DNA of 64,000 nucleotides from a virus: IMG/VR virus record IMGVR_UViG_3300044712_000732, positions 125,776 to 189,775 of that record; one strand, 5' to 3'. Shown piece by piece: positions 38,089 to 47,700 of this stretch (position 1 is its first letter; each line of letters starts with the position of its first letter). The notes under the pieces were generated by a model. It saw only the letters and a program-made list of their open reading frames with translations, ran no database searches and was not told where the DNA came from. The position numbers and the translations under genes were made by a program.

Positions 38089-40728
38089 ATGAAAAAAGTA
38101 CCAAATAATGAATGGTGGTATGTTATTAAAAATGAACAACCACCACGATTACAAAAGTTAGAATTGTTAAATAAATTGGAACATGATTTAAAATATTGTG
38201 AACCATATGAACTTCAACTAATAATTGATTCTGGCTTGATTCCAAAAGAATTTAGTGAAGTTATTAAATATGAAGCAGGATCAAGTGGTCGATTAAAAAT
38301 TTTTGAAAAATTAAAAGAAAAATTTGAAGATCCATTCTATAAAGATAATAATGAATCAGAATCAGAATCAGAATCAGAATCAAAAACAGATGAAGAAATT
38401 AATCAAAAAGATGAAATTGATGCTACAATCACAGAAGAAAATAATGAAACTGAACCATCTTTACCATCGTTAACAATTATTCAAGATTTATATAATATTG
38501 ATAATTATAATTATAATGCAGATGATGAACGTTTAGAAGCATTAATTCAATTTAAATTAAGAAAGGCTTGGAATACCGCATTAAATGATAATAATTTTAT
38601 ATCTTTATTAAAAGATAAAGATGGTGGTGAAAGATATAATATTATCAAACAATTGTTTTTTGATGAATATGATGAAGTTATTAAATATATACCACCTAAA
38701 GGTTACAATTTTAAAATAGAAAATAAAATAGCACCGCCATTGTTAATGCAATCATTAACCGTATATAGATTATTGAAATATAAAATATATGGTAATTGGT
38801 CTGGAACTGGTGCAGGAAAAACATTATCTTACATATTAGCAAGTAGATCAATTGATGCTAAAATTACATTAGTTGTTGTTTTGAATTCAATTATAAAGCA
38901 AACAGTACGAGTAATAAATTCAGTATATCCTGATAGTGTTATATATACACAATATGATAAAAAATTAAAAATTGACACATCAAAAAATAATTATATCATA
39001 TTGAATTATGAAAAATTTCAACAAAATTATTCTGAAGAATTATATCAACATTTAAATATTAATCATAAAATTGATTTTATTGTAATTGATGAAATTCATA
39101 ATATAAAACATAGAGAAGATGGCAGAAAGCCAAAAGATGATCCAAAAGAATCAATTAGACGACAAGTTTTGAGTAGGATTATTGGTAGATCAAAAGAAAA
39201 AAATCCAAACTTATATCTTTTAGCGTTGTCAGCAACACCCATAATAAATGATATATCAGAAGCAAAATCATTATTAGAATTAATGACAGGATATTCTTAT
39301 GATGATATAGGTAATAGTCCTACTATTGATAATGGAAGAGAAATGTTTAAAGCATTATCATTAAATGGGCTAAGATATATTCCAAAATATGATATAACGA
39401 TAAATGAATTAAATGGACACAATACACCCGAATTGAATATTAATGGTGATCATTTAGCTGATCAATTATCAAATATATCATCTAAAAAAACATTAGATAT
39501 TGAAAAAATTTTAATTCCTGATAAATTAAATGCGATTAAAAAATTTTTAAAGAAAGGTACTGTCATTTATTCATATTTTAAAACTGATATTATAAATCAA
39601 GTAATATCATATGTTGAAGATTTGGGATTTAAAATCGGAACATATACAGGTGATGATGATGTTGATGATAGAGATAAAACTTTTGAAAAGTTTAAAAATG
39701 GTGAAATTGATATTCTTATTGGAACAAAACCAATTGGTACAGGATTAGATGAATTGCAAAAATGTTGTAATCAGATGATATTACTTAATTTACCTTGGAC
39801 TCATGCTGAATATATTCAACTTATTGGTCGTTTGATAAGAAAAGGTAATTTATTTGAAAAAGTTGATATTATCATTCCACAAATTAAAATAAATTTAGAT
39901 AATGATGTTTGGTCTTGGGATATTCAAAGGTTCAATCGCATAAAGTTCAAAAAAACATTATCAGATTTAGTTATTGATGGTATAATACCATCAGATAAAA
40001 TGCCATCAATTGAAACAATGCGCAGACAAGCTATTCAAGCATTACAGAATTGGAAAGATCGAATTGCATCAGGTAATATTATTGAAATTAACAGAAAGAA
40101 ATTAGAAATTGATTTATATCCAGAAATTTTAGATTATAGTCAAAAACTTGAACATATTAATTCCGAACTTCAAGATATTATAAGAAAAGCTAAAACTAGT
40201 AAATCTAGCACAACACATAAAGAATTTATTACTAAACCCGAAAATTGGTTTAGATATCATGCATTAAGAGATGAAAGTATGAAATCCTGGTCTGAAATTC
40301 CATATGAATACATAGCCAAGAAAATAAAAAATAAACGCCATTATGTTGCTGATTTTGGTTGTGGTGAAAACAAATTAAAAGATTTGATTCCTAAGAATAA
40401 AGTTATTTCTTTTGATCATATTGCATTTGATGATACAGTACACGCATGTGATATGAAAGATGTTAGTGAATATATTAAAGATGAAGAACTTGACATTGCA
40501 GTATTTAGTTTAGCACTTTGGGGGATAAATTACAAAGATTATTTGGTTGAAGCATATAGAACATTGTGTTATGGTGGGTTTATTTATATTGCAGAACCAT
40601 CTAAAAAATATGATGGTGAAGATGGACAAGAAGAATTAAAAAAATTGATAGTTGAAGCAGGATTTAAGTTGGTTGGTGATATTGAAACTAGAGGAAAATT
40701 CATTTACATTACAGGAACTAAAGTATAA
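38089..40728 (+). CDS. SF2 helicase fused to C-terminal class I SAM-dependent methyltransferase domain (879 aa)
   Basis: Walker A GNWSGTGAGKTLS, DExH box FIVIDEIHNIK, motif VI IQLIGRLIRKG; C-terminal VADFGCGENKL (MTase motif I) ... LCYGGFIYIAEP. Confidence 0.7.
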   Translation: MKKVPNNEWWYVIKNEQPPRLQKLELLNKLEHDLKYCEPYELQLIIDSGLIPKEFSEVIKYEAGSSGRLKIFEKLKEKFEDPFYKDNNESESESESESKTDEEINQKDEIDATITEENNETEPSLPSLTIIQDLYNIDNYNYNADDERLEALIQFKLRKAWNTALNDNNFISLLKDKDGGERYNIIKQLFFDEYDEVIKYIPPKGYNFKIENKIAPPLLMQSLTVYRLLKYKIYGNWSGTGAGKTLSYILASRSIDAKITLVVVLNSIIKQTVRVINSVYPDSVIYTQYDKKLKIDTSKNNYIILNYEKFQQNYSEELYQHLNINHKIDFIVIDEIHNIKHREDGRKPKDDPKESIRRQVLSRIIGRSKEKNPNLYLLALSATPIINDISEAKSLLELMTGYSYDDIGNSPTIDNGREMFKALSLNGLRYIPKYDITINELNGHNTPELNINGDHLADQLSNISSKKTLDIEKILIPDKLNAIKKFLKKGTVIYSYFKTDIINQVISYVEDLGFKIGTYTGDDDVDDRDKTFEKFKNGEIDILIGTKPIGTGLDELQKCCNQMILLNLPWTHAEYIQLIGRLIRKGNLFEKVDIIIPQIKINLDNDVWSWDIQRFNRIKFKKTLSDLVIDGIIPSDKMPSIETMRRQAIQALQNWKDRIASGNIIEINRKKLEIDLYPEILDYSQKLEHINSELQDIIRKAKTSKSSTTHKEFITKPENWFRYHALRDESMKSWSEIPYEYIAKKIKNKRHYVADFGCGENKLKDLIPKNKVISFDHIAFDDTVHACDMKDVSEYIKDEELDIAVFSLALWGINYKDYLVEAYRTLCYGGFIYIAEPSKKYDGEDGQEELKKLIVEAGFKLVGDIETRGKFIYITGTKV
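38353..38383. repeat. 6-nt tandem repeat (gaatca)x5 encoding (ES)n
   Basis: Direct reading. Confidence 0.85.
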
Positions 40729-40737
40729 ATTAAAAAT

Positions 40738-40914
40738 ATGAAAGAAGATGAAAAAAGTGTAATTGGGGATTTCACAATAAACATTGTGTTATATATTATG
40801 ATATTAAAACCTGTATTAAAACTAAAACCAGGTTTTTGGGAATATCTAAAGGAATCTGATTATTTGGATAAAATATGTTATATAGAAAACGATCAAACGA
40901 TTTATTTTAATTGA
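40738..40914 (+). CDS. possible small protein (58 aa), not in ORF track
   Basis: ATG 10 nt after helicase stop; ORF spans a terminator-like hairpin, so it is doubtful. Confidence 0.2.
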   Translation: MKEDEKSVIGDFTINIVLYIMILKPVLKLKPGFWEYLKESDYLDKICYIENDQTIYFN

Positions 40915-41007
40915 TGGAATATATTTTAAAGAATAAATTAGTATATGTTTAGCATGTTTTAATGATATAAGAATTGCACATAATTATTTAAATGATACGA
41001 ATTAAAA

Positions 41008-41325
41008 TTGGCAAAAAAGTTAAAATATGGTAGGGAAGTTGTTTGGATAAATCACAATCGAAAAAGATTTAGCAAATCTGAACGGGAATTTATATTTAAA
41101 CGGGACAATTATATTTGTCAATTATGTAAAAAAGATTTATATTTGTATCCACATAAACGAATATTAGATCACAAAGTACCATTATCTCAACTTGGGTCGA
41201 ATGATTTTACTAACATATGGTTATTGTGTGATGAATGTGATAAAAATAAAAAATCAGAAATATTACCATCTGTGATTAAAGAAAGATTATTATTTTTGCA
41301 AAATAAATATGGTCACATTAAATGA
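41008..41325 (+). CDS. HNH endonuclease
   Basis: CQLCKKDLYLYPHKRILDHKVPLSQLGSNDFTNIWLLCDECDKNK (C..C..H..DH..P...N..LC..C). Confidence 0.75.
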   Translation: MAKKLKYGREVVWINHNRKRFSKSEREFIFKRDNYICQLCKKDLYLYPHKRILDHKVPLSQLGSNDFTNIWLLCDECDKNKKSEILPSVIKERLLFLQNKYGHIK

Positions 41326-41750
41326 CACGAATTAATTCATCAATTAAGCCTAGAAATCTAACAGATCAGCATTTAATAGCTGAACTTCGGGAATTACCAA
41401 GGATATTCACAGCAGTTAATAAACGTTTAATTTTGGGAAGGTCATTTAATGATATTCCAAAGGAATTTACTTTAGGTGTTGGGCATTGTAAATTTTTCTA
41501 CGATAAATTGGATTTTTTATATTTACGACACATAGAATTAAAAAACGAATATTTGTTAAGATTCGATAAAAAATGGAAATATGACATAGAATATTTATGT
41601 CGATTTAAATCATATATTCCGACTGACAAAGAAAGGCGAATTCTTATTGATCGTATATCACAACGAATACTAGATAGTAGTCAAATTCCAAGATATTATG
41701 GTAAATCCATATCAAAAGATGATGCAATTGAAATTTTACAAAATTGTTAA
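41322..41750 (+). CDS. denV: pyrimidine-dimer DNA glycosylase (T4 endonuclease V, DenV-like)
   Basis: MTRIN....LTDQHLIAELRELPRIFTAV...LGVGHCKFFYDKLDFLY.RHIEL closely follows the T4 endoV N-terminus ([28 protein letters not shown]...LGAGHVTFFYDKLEFL). Confidence 0.8.
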   Translation: MTRINSSIKPRNLTDQHLIAELRELPRIFTAVNKRLILGRSFNDIPKEFTLGVGHCKFFYDKLDFLYLRHIELKNEYLLRFDKKWKYDIEYLCRFKSYIPTDKERRILIDRISQRILDSSQIPRYYGKSISKDDAIEILQNC

Positions 41751-41790
41751 ATTTTTTTGTCAATTTTTTGCATAATTAAAATATCTTATT

Positions 41791-41798
41791 TATGTTTG
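41791..41798 (+). promoter_or_regulatory. TAnnTTTG -7 element (TATGTTTG)
   Basis: 30 nt upstream of ATG 41829. Confidence 0.4.
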
Positions 41799-41828
41799 TG
41801 TGTTATAGAAAATGTATAAAGATATATT

Positions 41829-42113
41829 ATGGAAAGAACGATAGGTGATGGTTTTTTTGTATCAAAAGATGAAAATGGTAATGATTGCAAAATTGGTGAT
41901 AGTGTCATAATATCAGAACCACCTTGTAGAATTTATAGTAGTGAACGAAATGCATATATTGAAACCGAACGTAAAAATTACGAAGGTATTTTAATGCTTA
42001 GTTTAGAAAATGGATATTATTTAAAAGGTGATGGAATTCATTTTCAACCACCAAAACACGGAACACCAAGTATTTTTGGTGGAAAAGAACTATGGTTGTG
42101 GCGACTTAAATAA
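41829..42113 (+). CDS. hypothetical protein (94 aa)
   Basis: ORF. Confidence 0.4.
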   Translation: MERTIGDGFFVSKDENGNDCKIGDSVIISEPPCRIYSSERNAYIETERKNYEGILMLSLENGYYLKGDGIHFQPPKHGTPSIFGGKELWLWRLK

Positions 42114-42121
42114 AATAAGAT

Positions 42122-42394
42122 ATGAAAGAATATATTTGTTATAGAACCAAAGATTTAGAAGGTGATATTTGGTGTGAAAGAGCATTTTTATTTGAACGTG
42201 GTCAAGATGTAGAAAGATTTTTCACAAAAGAAAAAATTGCTGAATTATTTTTTGAAGGTGAGATTGAAAGTGTAAGGTCTATTGTTTTTCACAAGGTTAA
42301 TCCAACTAATGAAACACCATATAACATTGAAATAAATGGTGGTGATGTCGAAATAGTTGCAATGTTTAATGGTATTTTTATTAAATCTTTTTAA
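42122..42394 (+). CDS. hypothetical protein (90 aa)
   Basis: ORF. Confidence 0.4.
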   Translation: MKEYICYRTKDLEGDIWCERAFLFERGQDVERFFTKEKIAELFFEGEIESVRSIVFHKVNPTNETPYNIEINGGDVEIVAMFNGIFIKSF

Positions 42395-42395
42395 T

Positions 42396-43244
42396 ATGAC
42401 AGTTGTCGAAAAAATTCACAATGACATTGATTCAGCACAAATTAGACTTTTGGCTGAATGTAAAAAAAATGTTATTTCCATAGAAATGGAAGAAAAAAGT
42501 AGTGGTATTATAGAAAAAGCAGAAAGACTAAAAAAGTTAGGATTTGTTAATAATATTGAAGTTAAAAATGTCGAAAAAACATTAGAAATTTTAACATTAA
42601 GTAAAAAACAAATTGAATATTTAGAATATTTAACAAATAAGTATCCTTTTCATAAATTTATTACAATTGATGAATTTGATAAAATTTGTAAAAAATATAA
42701 ATTAATTTATGCATCAGTTGATAATTATTTAAAAGAAGTTCCGAATAAAAATTTGTTAGAAATTGAAAATGGAAAACAATTAGAATCTGTTGATAAATTG
42801 GGGGTAGGGTATAAAATTGAAATCGTTAATGATGTTGTAATTTGTGATAAATTTCTTAAAATGTTTAACCTTGATGAAAATTTTATAACAGATGATGAAG
42901 TTAAAGAATTACATTTAAAATATCGGAAATCTGAACCTAAAAATTGGTACTTTAGGGATGATTCATCTATGGTATTTTATGATGCTATGAAAGAAACTGG
43001 ATTAAATTTTAATATTAAAAAATATTCGGAAATTAATAAAAATGGATATTTTATTGCTGCACCAAAATCGCATTTTAATTTAAGGGGATTAAAATCCCAA
43101 GGATTAGGATACTTTTTAAATAAAACTTTCGAAGTAAAGGATCCAATTGTTTTTCAATATTGTAAAAATAAATTTTTGAGGATTGAAACTAAGTGGGGAT
43201 TAGAAGCTGAAGATGATAATTTAATATTACCAATATCAAACTAA
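42396..43244 (+). CDS. hypothetical protein (~282 aa; start placed at MTVVEK rather than the upstream overlapping ATG at 42357)
   Basis: ATG at 42396 follows the stop of the preceding gene by 1 nt. Confidence 0.45.
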   Translation: MTVVEKIHNDIDSAQIRLLAECKKNVISIEMEEKSSGIIEKAERLKKLGFVNNIEVKNVEKTLEILTLSKKQIEYLEYLTNKYPFHKFITIDEFDKICKKYKLIYASVDNYLKEVPNKNLLEIENGKQLESVDKLGVGYKIEIVNDVVICDKFLKMFNLDENFITDDEVKELHLKYRKSEPKNWYFRDDSSMVFYDAMKETGLNFNIKKYSEINKNGYFIAAPKSHFNLRGLKSQGLGYFLNKTFEVKDPIVFQYCKNKFLRIETKWGLEAEDDNLILPISN

Positions 43245-43354
43245 TGACTAAGAAGAAAATAATTTTGTATTATGTTATTATGTGTATTTTATTGCTTGTT
43301 GTAGGATTATCAATAATAATTTCAAGTTTATTGTAATAATTGAAATAATTTTAT

Positions 43355-43362
43355 TATATTTG
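43355..43362 (+). promoter_or_regulatory. TAnnTTTG -7 element (TATATTTGCATCG cassette)
   Basis: 24 nt upstream of ATG 43387. Confidence 0.5.
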
Positions 43363-43386
43363 CATCGTAAATAAATACTCAAGAAT

Positions 43387-43740
43387 ATGAAAGAATATAA
43401 ACTTTGGTTGAATCCAGAAAAATTTAAAGTCGTTGGATATTATCCATACACATCAGGTGTAGAAAGAAAAATATTATCACAATGTCATAATTACAAAACA
43501 GATGATCATGATTATCTTGATGATTTTTGTAATTCTGTAAAAGATATGGCAATAGCCAAAGGTTGTGTTTGGGATAATAAGGTTGTTATCGAACTCGAAC
43601 CAATATCGACAAATCATAATCACGTTAAAGCATCCAATATTTTTGTTGGTTGTTATGATGGTCTTTGGTCAGTTGGATTGGGTGTTTGGCAAGATGTGTG
43701 GCTTGAAAAAAATGGTGCAAATAAATATTTTACGGAATGA
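43387..43740 (+). CDS. hypothetical protein (117 aa)
   Basis: ORF. Confidence 0.45.
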   Translation: MKEYKLWLNPEKFKVVGYYPYTSGVERKILSQCHNYKTDDHDYLDDFCNSVKDMAIAKGCVWDNKVVIELEPISTNHNHVKASNIFVGCYDGLWSVGLGVWQDVWLEKNGANKYFTE

Positions 43741-43925
43741 AAAAAATACCAATTGAACTACAAATAATTTTTAAAATCCTTGGATATTGTATTTTAGGCA
43801 TCCTTCTTGGGATGATATTAGTATATATTTTAGGAACATCAAAAGGTACACCACAGGAAAAGGAATGGCATTTCAGGGATAGTGTAAATAAAGCTTGGGT
43901 TTATAAACACGATAGTATAAAATAG
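43737..43925 (+). CDS. small membrane protein (62 aa)
   Basis: One TM helix ILGYCILGILLGMILVYIL. Confidence 0.35.
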   Translation: MKKIPIELQIIFKILGYCILGILLGMILVYILGTSKGTPQEKEWHFRDSVNKAWVYKHDSIK

Positions 43926-43933
43926 TTTAAATT

Positions 43934-44302
43934 ATGGAAAAAATTATTTTAGAAATACCAAAAGAAGATATTGAAGAAGTTATACACTTACTGAGATATG
44001 CAATGTACGAAGAACCTACAAGTAATGATGTTTGGACATTACTTGCACCATTTTGTGAAGAACACAGTAGTATTAAATTTGATGGAAGAGAAGAAGAATT
44101 TTTGATGAATAAGTCAAAAAATTCAGGCAATACCACTAATACTATGTTAGATATTCTTCAATCAAAAGAAGAATTGTTGGAATGTATCCAAAATTTGATG
44201 GGTGTATTTGATACACCAGTTTCAAGAAGATTAATAAAGGGTGATTTTACAGATGAAGTTCGTAAGATAGGTCGCCAAATTTTGGAAAGTAATGGCAAAT
44301 AA
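43934..44302 (+). CDS. hypothetical protein (122 aa)
   Basis: ORF. Confidence 0.4.
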   Translation: MEKIILEIPKEDIEEVIHLLRYAMYEEPTSNDVWTLLAPFCEEHSSIKFDGREEEFLMNKSKNSGNTTNTMLDILQSKEELLECIQNLMGVFDTPVSRRLIKGDFTDEVRKIGRQILESNGK

Positions 44303-44309
44303 ATGACTT

Positions 44310-44834
44310 ATGAAAAAGAAAATTAAAAAACATAATCCAGATAGGTATGGTGAAACATACGATATCAATTGGATAAATACCCAAATTGAAGTTTTGGTCA
44401 ATATAAGACCATGGATTATTTTATCTGGTGGGTGGGCTTGGCATTTCATTTCACCACCACATACCGAATATAAACACATTCATGATCATAAAGATATTGA
44501 CATTTTTGTACTACCAGAAAATTTCACAATAGTACAATTAGCACTCGAATCAATTGGTTTTTATCGAATGAAAACTAAATATGATAATAATACTTTCATT
44601 CGGTATGAAAAAATTGATAATGATAAAAAAATTGTTATTGATATGTTCAAATCTAAAGTTCCATTCATTACTGTTAAAGGGTGGAATGTAGTTGATCCTA
44701 CACATTTATTGACATTGTACTATTCAGTTCATCAAAGTGATCATTGTATAGCGGTTAAAGCATCCAGGATGCTTATTGAACAGGGTATAGACATAATAGA
44801 TAATGAAGAACTGGTAAAAATCCCAAATAATTAA
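44310..44834 (+). CDS. hypothetical protein (174 aa)
   Basis: ORF. Confidence 0.45.
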   Translation: MKKKIKKHNPDRYGETYDINWINTQIEVLVNIRPWIILSGGWAWHFISPPHTEYKHIHDHKDIDIFVLPENFTIVQLALESIGFYRMKTKYDNNTFIRYEKIDNDKKIVIDMFKSKVPFITVKGWNVVDPTHLLTLYYSVHQSDHCIAVKASRMLIEQGIDIIDNEELVKIPNN

Positions 44835-45096
44835 ATCATTTTTTAGCGATGGGAAAATTTAAAAAAATGTTTATAATGTTGAAATCAAAAGAATGTAATT
44901 TCTTTTTTTATACAACAAGCGGAAGTTATGGAATGTATTGCGAACAAATAAGGCATAAGTGTTTTTGCATTCCGTTTTTAGTTGGAATTAGATATACGGT
45001 TTCGTGGGGTGGCTAATATGTTGTACATGAAAATATAGAAATAGTGAAATAACAAAAAAAAAGTTAAAAAACATATAGGAATTTGAAATTTTTTCG

Positions 45097-45104
45097 TATC
45101 TTTG
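45097..45104 (+). promoter_or_regulatory. TAnnTTTG -7 element (TATCTTTGTATCGTAATTAAAACAAC cassette)
   Basis: 23 nt upstream of ATG 45128. Confidence 0.5.
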
Positions 45105-45127
45105 TATCGTAATTAAAACAACAACAA

Positions 45128-45514
45128 ATGAAAGTATTTGAAATAATCTACACAAAAGAATCGGAAAAATTAACATTACCATATGGTAGTTTGAATACAT
45201 ATTATGTAAAAGATGACAATGTATGTTTTTCTGTTGATGTATATATTGAAACGGTAAAAGATATCGTTGAAAGTAAAAGTGAAATTGCTGTTACTGAAAA
45301 ATATAGTAATTTCAATATTGTTTCAATAAAACATATTGGTAATAAAGATTACCAATTTGAAGCTATTGCACCCGATGATTACGTTAAAATAAATTCATCA
45401 GATGTTTTAAATTCTGTAAAAAATGGACAACGTGATAGGGTTTGTTCCGAAGAAGTGCAAGAATTTCAGAAAAATGGTAAACGAATACCACATCCTACAT
45501 ATTCGGAATTTTAG
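45128..45514 (+). CDS. hypothetical protein (128 aa)
   Basis: ORF. Confidence 0.45.
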   Translation: MKVFEIIYTKESEKLTLPYGSLNTYYVKDDNVCFSVDVYIETVKDIVESKSEIAVTEKYSNFNIVSIKHIGNKDYQFEAIAPDDYVKINSSDVLNSVKNGQRDRVCSEEVQEFQKNGKRIPHPTYSEF

Positions 45515-45602
45515 AAAACAAATTATTAAAATATTACTATATACTTTATGATTAAATTTTATAATTCGCTTTCTCCACCTTCATATTCCATTAAACTAGA
45601 AT

Positions 45603-45827
45603 ATGAAAGCAATTTCGAAACTGCGACTTTGGAGAGTTGCAATCGTACACCGTAATGGTTACGAAGCACCATCAATATTGGTGGAAGCTAAAGCAAATGA
45701 TGTACACGATGAAGTACGAAAATTAAATCTGAGACTTTTAGATTTTCCTGACAAATGGAGTTATCATTTGTTAGACCTCAAAAAAAAATTTGATGATAAA
45801 AGGGGAAAATGGGTAACAGAAGAATGA
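45603..45827 (+). CDS. hypothetical protein (74 aa)
   Basis: ORF followed by terminator. Confidence 0.35.
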   Translation: MKAISKLRLWRVAIVHRNGYEAPSILVEAKANDVHDEVRKLNLRLLDFPDKWSYHLLDLKKKFDDKRGKWVTEE

Positions 45828-45834
45828 AAAAAAA

Positions 45835-45866
45835 GGTTGTCAAATGGCAACCTTTTCTTTTTTATG
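45835..45866. terminator. bidirectional intrinsic terminator between convergent genes
   Basis: aaaaaaaaGGTTGtcaaatggCAACCttttctttttt. Confidence 0.55.
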
Positions 45867-45870
45867 TATC

Positions 45871-46383
45871 TTATTTATCAGATTTGACCTGATCTAATTG
45901 ATTTAAACCATAATCTGGCTTATCTAATACATCAAAATCAAAATCATATAATTTATATTTTATAATATAATGTAAAACTTTAGTGTACCAGTTAGGATCG
46001 GCTGAATAACCTTTTCGTATTTCATTCAACCAAACTTTATAATCTGTTATTTTGTTTTGAGTCAAGTTGTTGTAATATTTCTTTTTTGAAATAAATGTAC
46101 AAAAATGTTGAAATGATAATGTATCAGTTTCATATCCACGATAATGACTTCCATACTTTACACCAAAAAAATTGTTTTTATATTTACACAATTTACTATT
46201 ACCATAAGCACTTTCGTGCATTGATATTCCTAATATAATACTTGGTGGAATTTCATATTCTTTCATAAGTTCAATTGAAATACTATCATATTTTTCAATA
46301 AAAGTTAATGGTGTGTGTTTTTGTGCATTTAAAATTAAAGTAAAAAATAACATTACTATTACTAGTTTAATTTTTTTTATCAT
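45871..46383 (-). CDS. secreted GH73-family N-acetylglucosaminidase (peptidoglycan hydrolase / endolysin candidate)
   Basis: Signal peptide MIKKIKLVIVMLFFTLILNAQ; glucosaminidase motif ILGISMHESAYGNS...NNFFGVK. Confidence 0.6.
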   Translation of the reverse strand: MIKKIKLVIVMLFFTLILNAQKHTPLTFIEKYDSISIELMKEYEIPPSIILGISMHESAYGNSKLCKYKNNFFGVKYGSHYRGYETDTLSFQHFCTFISKKKYYNNLTQNKITDYKVWLNEIRKGYSADPNWYTKVLHYIIKYKLYDFDFDVLDKPDYGLNQLDQVKSDK

Positions 46384-46598
46384 ATTTTTTGTTGTTTTTT
46401 ATTGATAAAATACTATAATAATTTCACCTATTATCTTCCGCTTTGGTTTTAATTGAAAAGATTTTTTGAATAGCGGATTGTGATTTTTTATCAATAATAA
46501 TTCACCTAAGAATTATTGTCATTTTTAAAAAGCTAAAAATTATTTTTTACATATATATAAAAAATTCTAATTTGTTTTTTAAATTGAATAATTTATTG

Positions 46599-46606
46599 TA
46601 TATTTG
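46599..46606 (+). promoter_or_regulatory. TAnnTTTG -7 element (TATATTTG)
   Basis: 22 nt upstream of ATG 46629. Confidence 0.45.
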
Positions 46607-46628
46607 TTGAAATTTTAAAATGTGAATT

Positions 46629-46853
46629 ATGAAAAAAGAACTTTTTTGCGTAGCGTTATATCACCCAGTTAAAAACGATTTTAATGGTGAATTTGATTCT
46701 TTTGCTATTGATGCTAAATGTACTACTGATGATTTGGCAAAATTAAAAACTGATGATGATCTTGGTTATATTGAGTTAGTTGGATGGTTACCAATTAAAC
46801 ATTATAATGGTGCTACAGTTAGCGAATCAAATGATTATTTTGTACGTTGGTAA
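46629..46853 (+). CDS. hypothetical protein (74 aa)
   Basis: ORF. Confidence 0.4.
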   Translation: MKKELFCVALYHPVKNDFNGEFDSFAIDAKCTTDDLAKLKTDDDLGYIELVGWLPIKHYNGATVSESNDYFVRW

Positions 46854-46854
46854 A

Positions 46855-47064
46855 ATGGAAGAAAAATTATATGAAACATTAAAAAAAGTATTTGACTTAA
46901 CACATGGTGCTTGGGATGATCCTGTAATAAGTGAAGAATTGTATAATGAAATGGAAAATGTTTTGATTGAATATGAAAAAAATATTCAGACAAATGGTAG
47001 AAAATATCGAATAACAAACGATATCACAATGACAATAAATGATATTAAACCTGATAAATTATGA
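46855..47064 (+). CDS. hypothetical protein (69 aa; start at MEEKLYE)
   Basis: ATG 1 nt after the previous stop; the track ORF 46780-47064 has an upstream overlapping extension. Confidence 0.35.
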   Translation: MEEKLYETLKKVFDLTHGAWDDPVISEELYNEMENVLIEYEKNIQTNGRKYRITNDITMTINDIKPDKL

Positions 47065-47696
47065 AAAATTTAGCTACTAGTTCAACCGATCCTAAAGTAT
47101 TAGAAGATTTAGATAATACTATTTGTGAAGAACTCAAATTAGCCGGAATACCAATAATAAAACTTGAAGAACGATCAGGTGAAGTACCAACAATATTTGG
47201 TGGAAAAATTGGGAATTGGACTTTTCGTAGAGCTTGGTATTATTGGGTTGCATCAACAGAAAACGTGGAAGATGGATTACCATTAAAATTAGCATTGGAA
47301 TTGCACAATAAATCAATAACTAGTATCACTGGTGTCGAATATGATATTCTTGGTAAATATATTCGATCTGGTGGTGATTGTTCATGTCCATCACCCGATG
47401 GTTATACTTCACAACCAAAGTATAATGAAGAATTGGAAGAAAGATTAATCGAATTAGGATATATACGAAAGACATTTAAAGGTAGTGATAAAGAATATTC
47501 TTATATTGATATCAATTGTGGTGATGTTGCTAAATTGTGCAATGAAGGTAAATTAAATGTTGAACGATATGTAGATTGCTATCATATAGATGAACAATTT
47601 GGATTAAATGAACTTGCGTATGCAATATTTAATCACAATGTTAGAATAGGAAATTCTATATTAGAATCATTAAAAATAAAAGGATTAATAAAGTAA
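47061..47696 (+). CDS. hypothetical protein (211 aa)
   Basis: ORF. Confidence 0.45.
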   Translation: MKNLATSSTDPKVLEDLDNTICEELKLAGIPIIKLEERSGEVPTIFGGKIGNWTFRRAWYYWVASTENVEDGLPLKLALELHNKSITSITGVEYDILGKYIRSGGDCSCPSPDGYTSQPKYNEELEERLIELGYIRKTFKGSDKEYSYIDINCGDVAKLCNEGKLNVERYVDCYHIDEQFGLNELAYAIFNHNVRIGNSILESLKIKGLIK

Positions 47697-47700
47697 TAAA

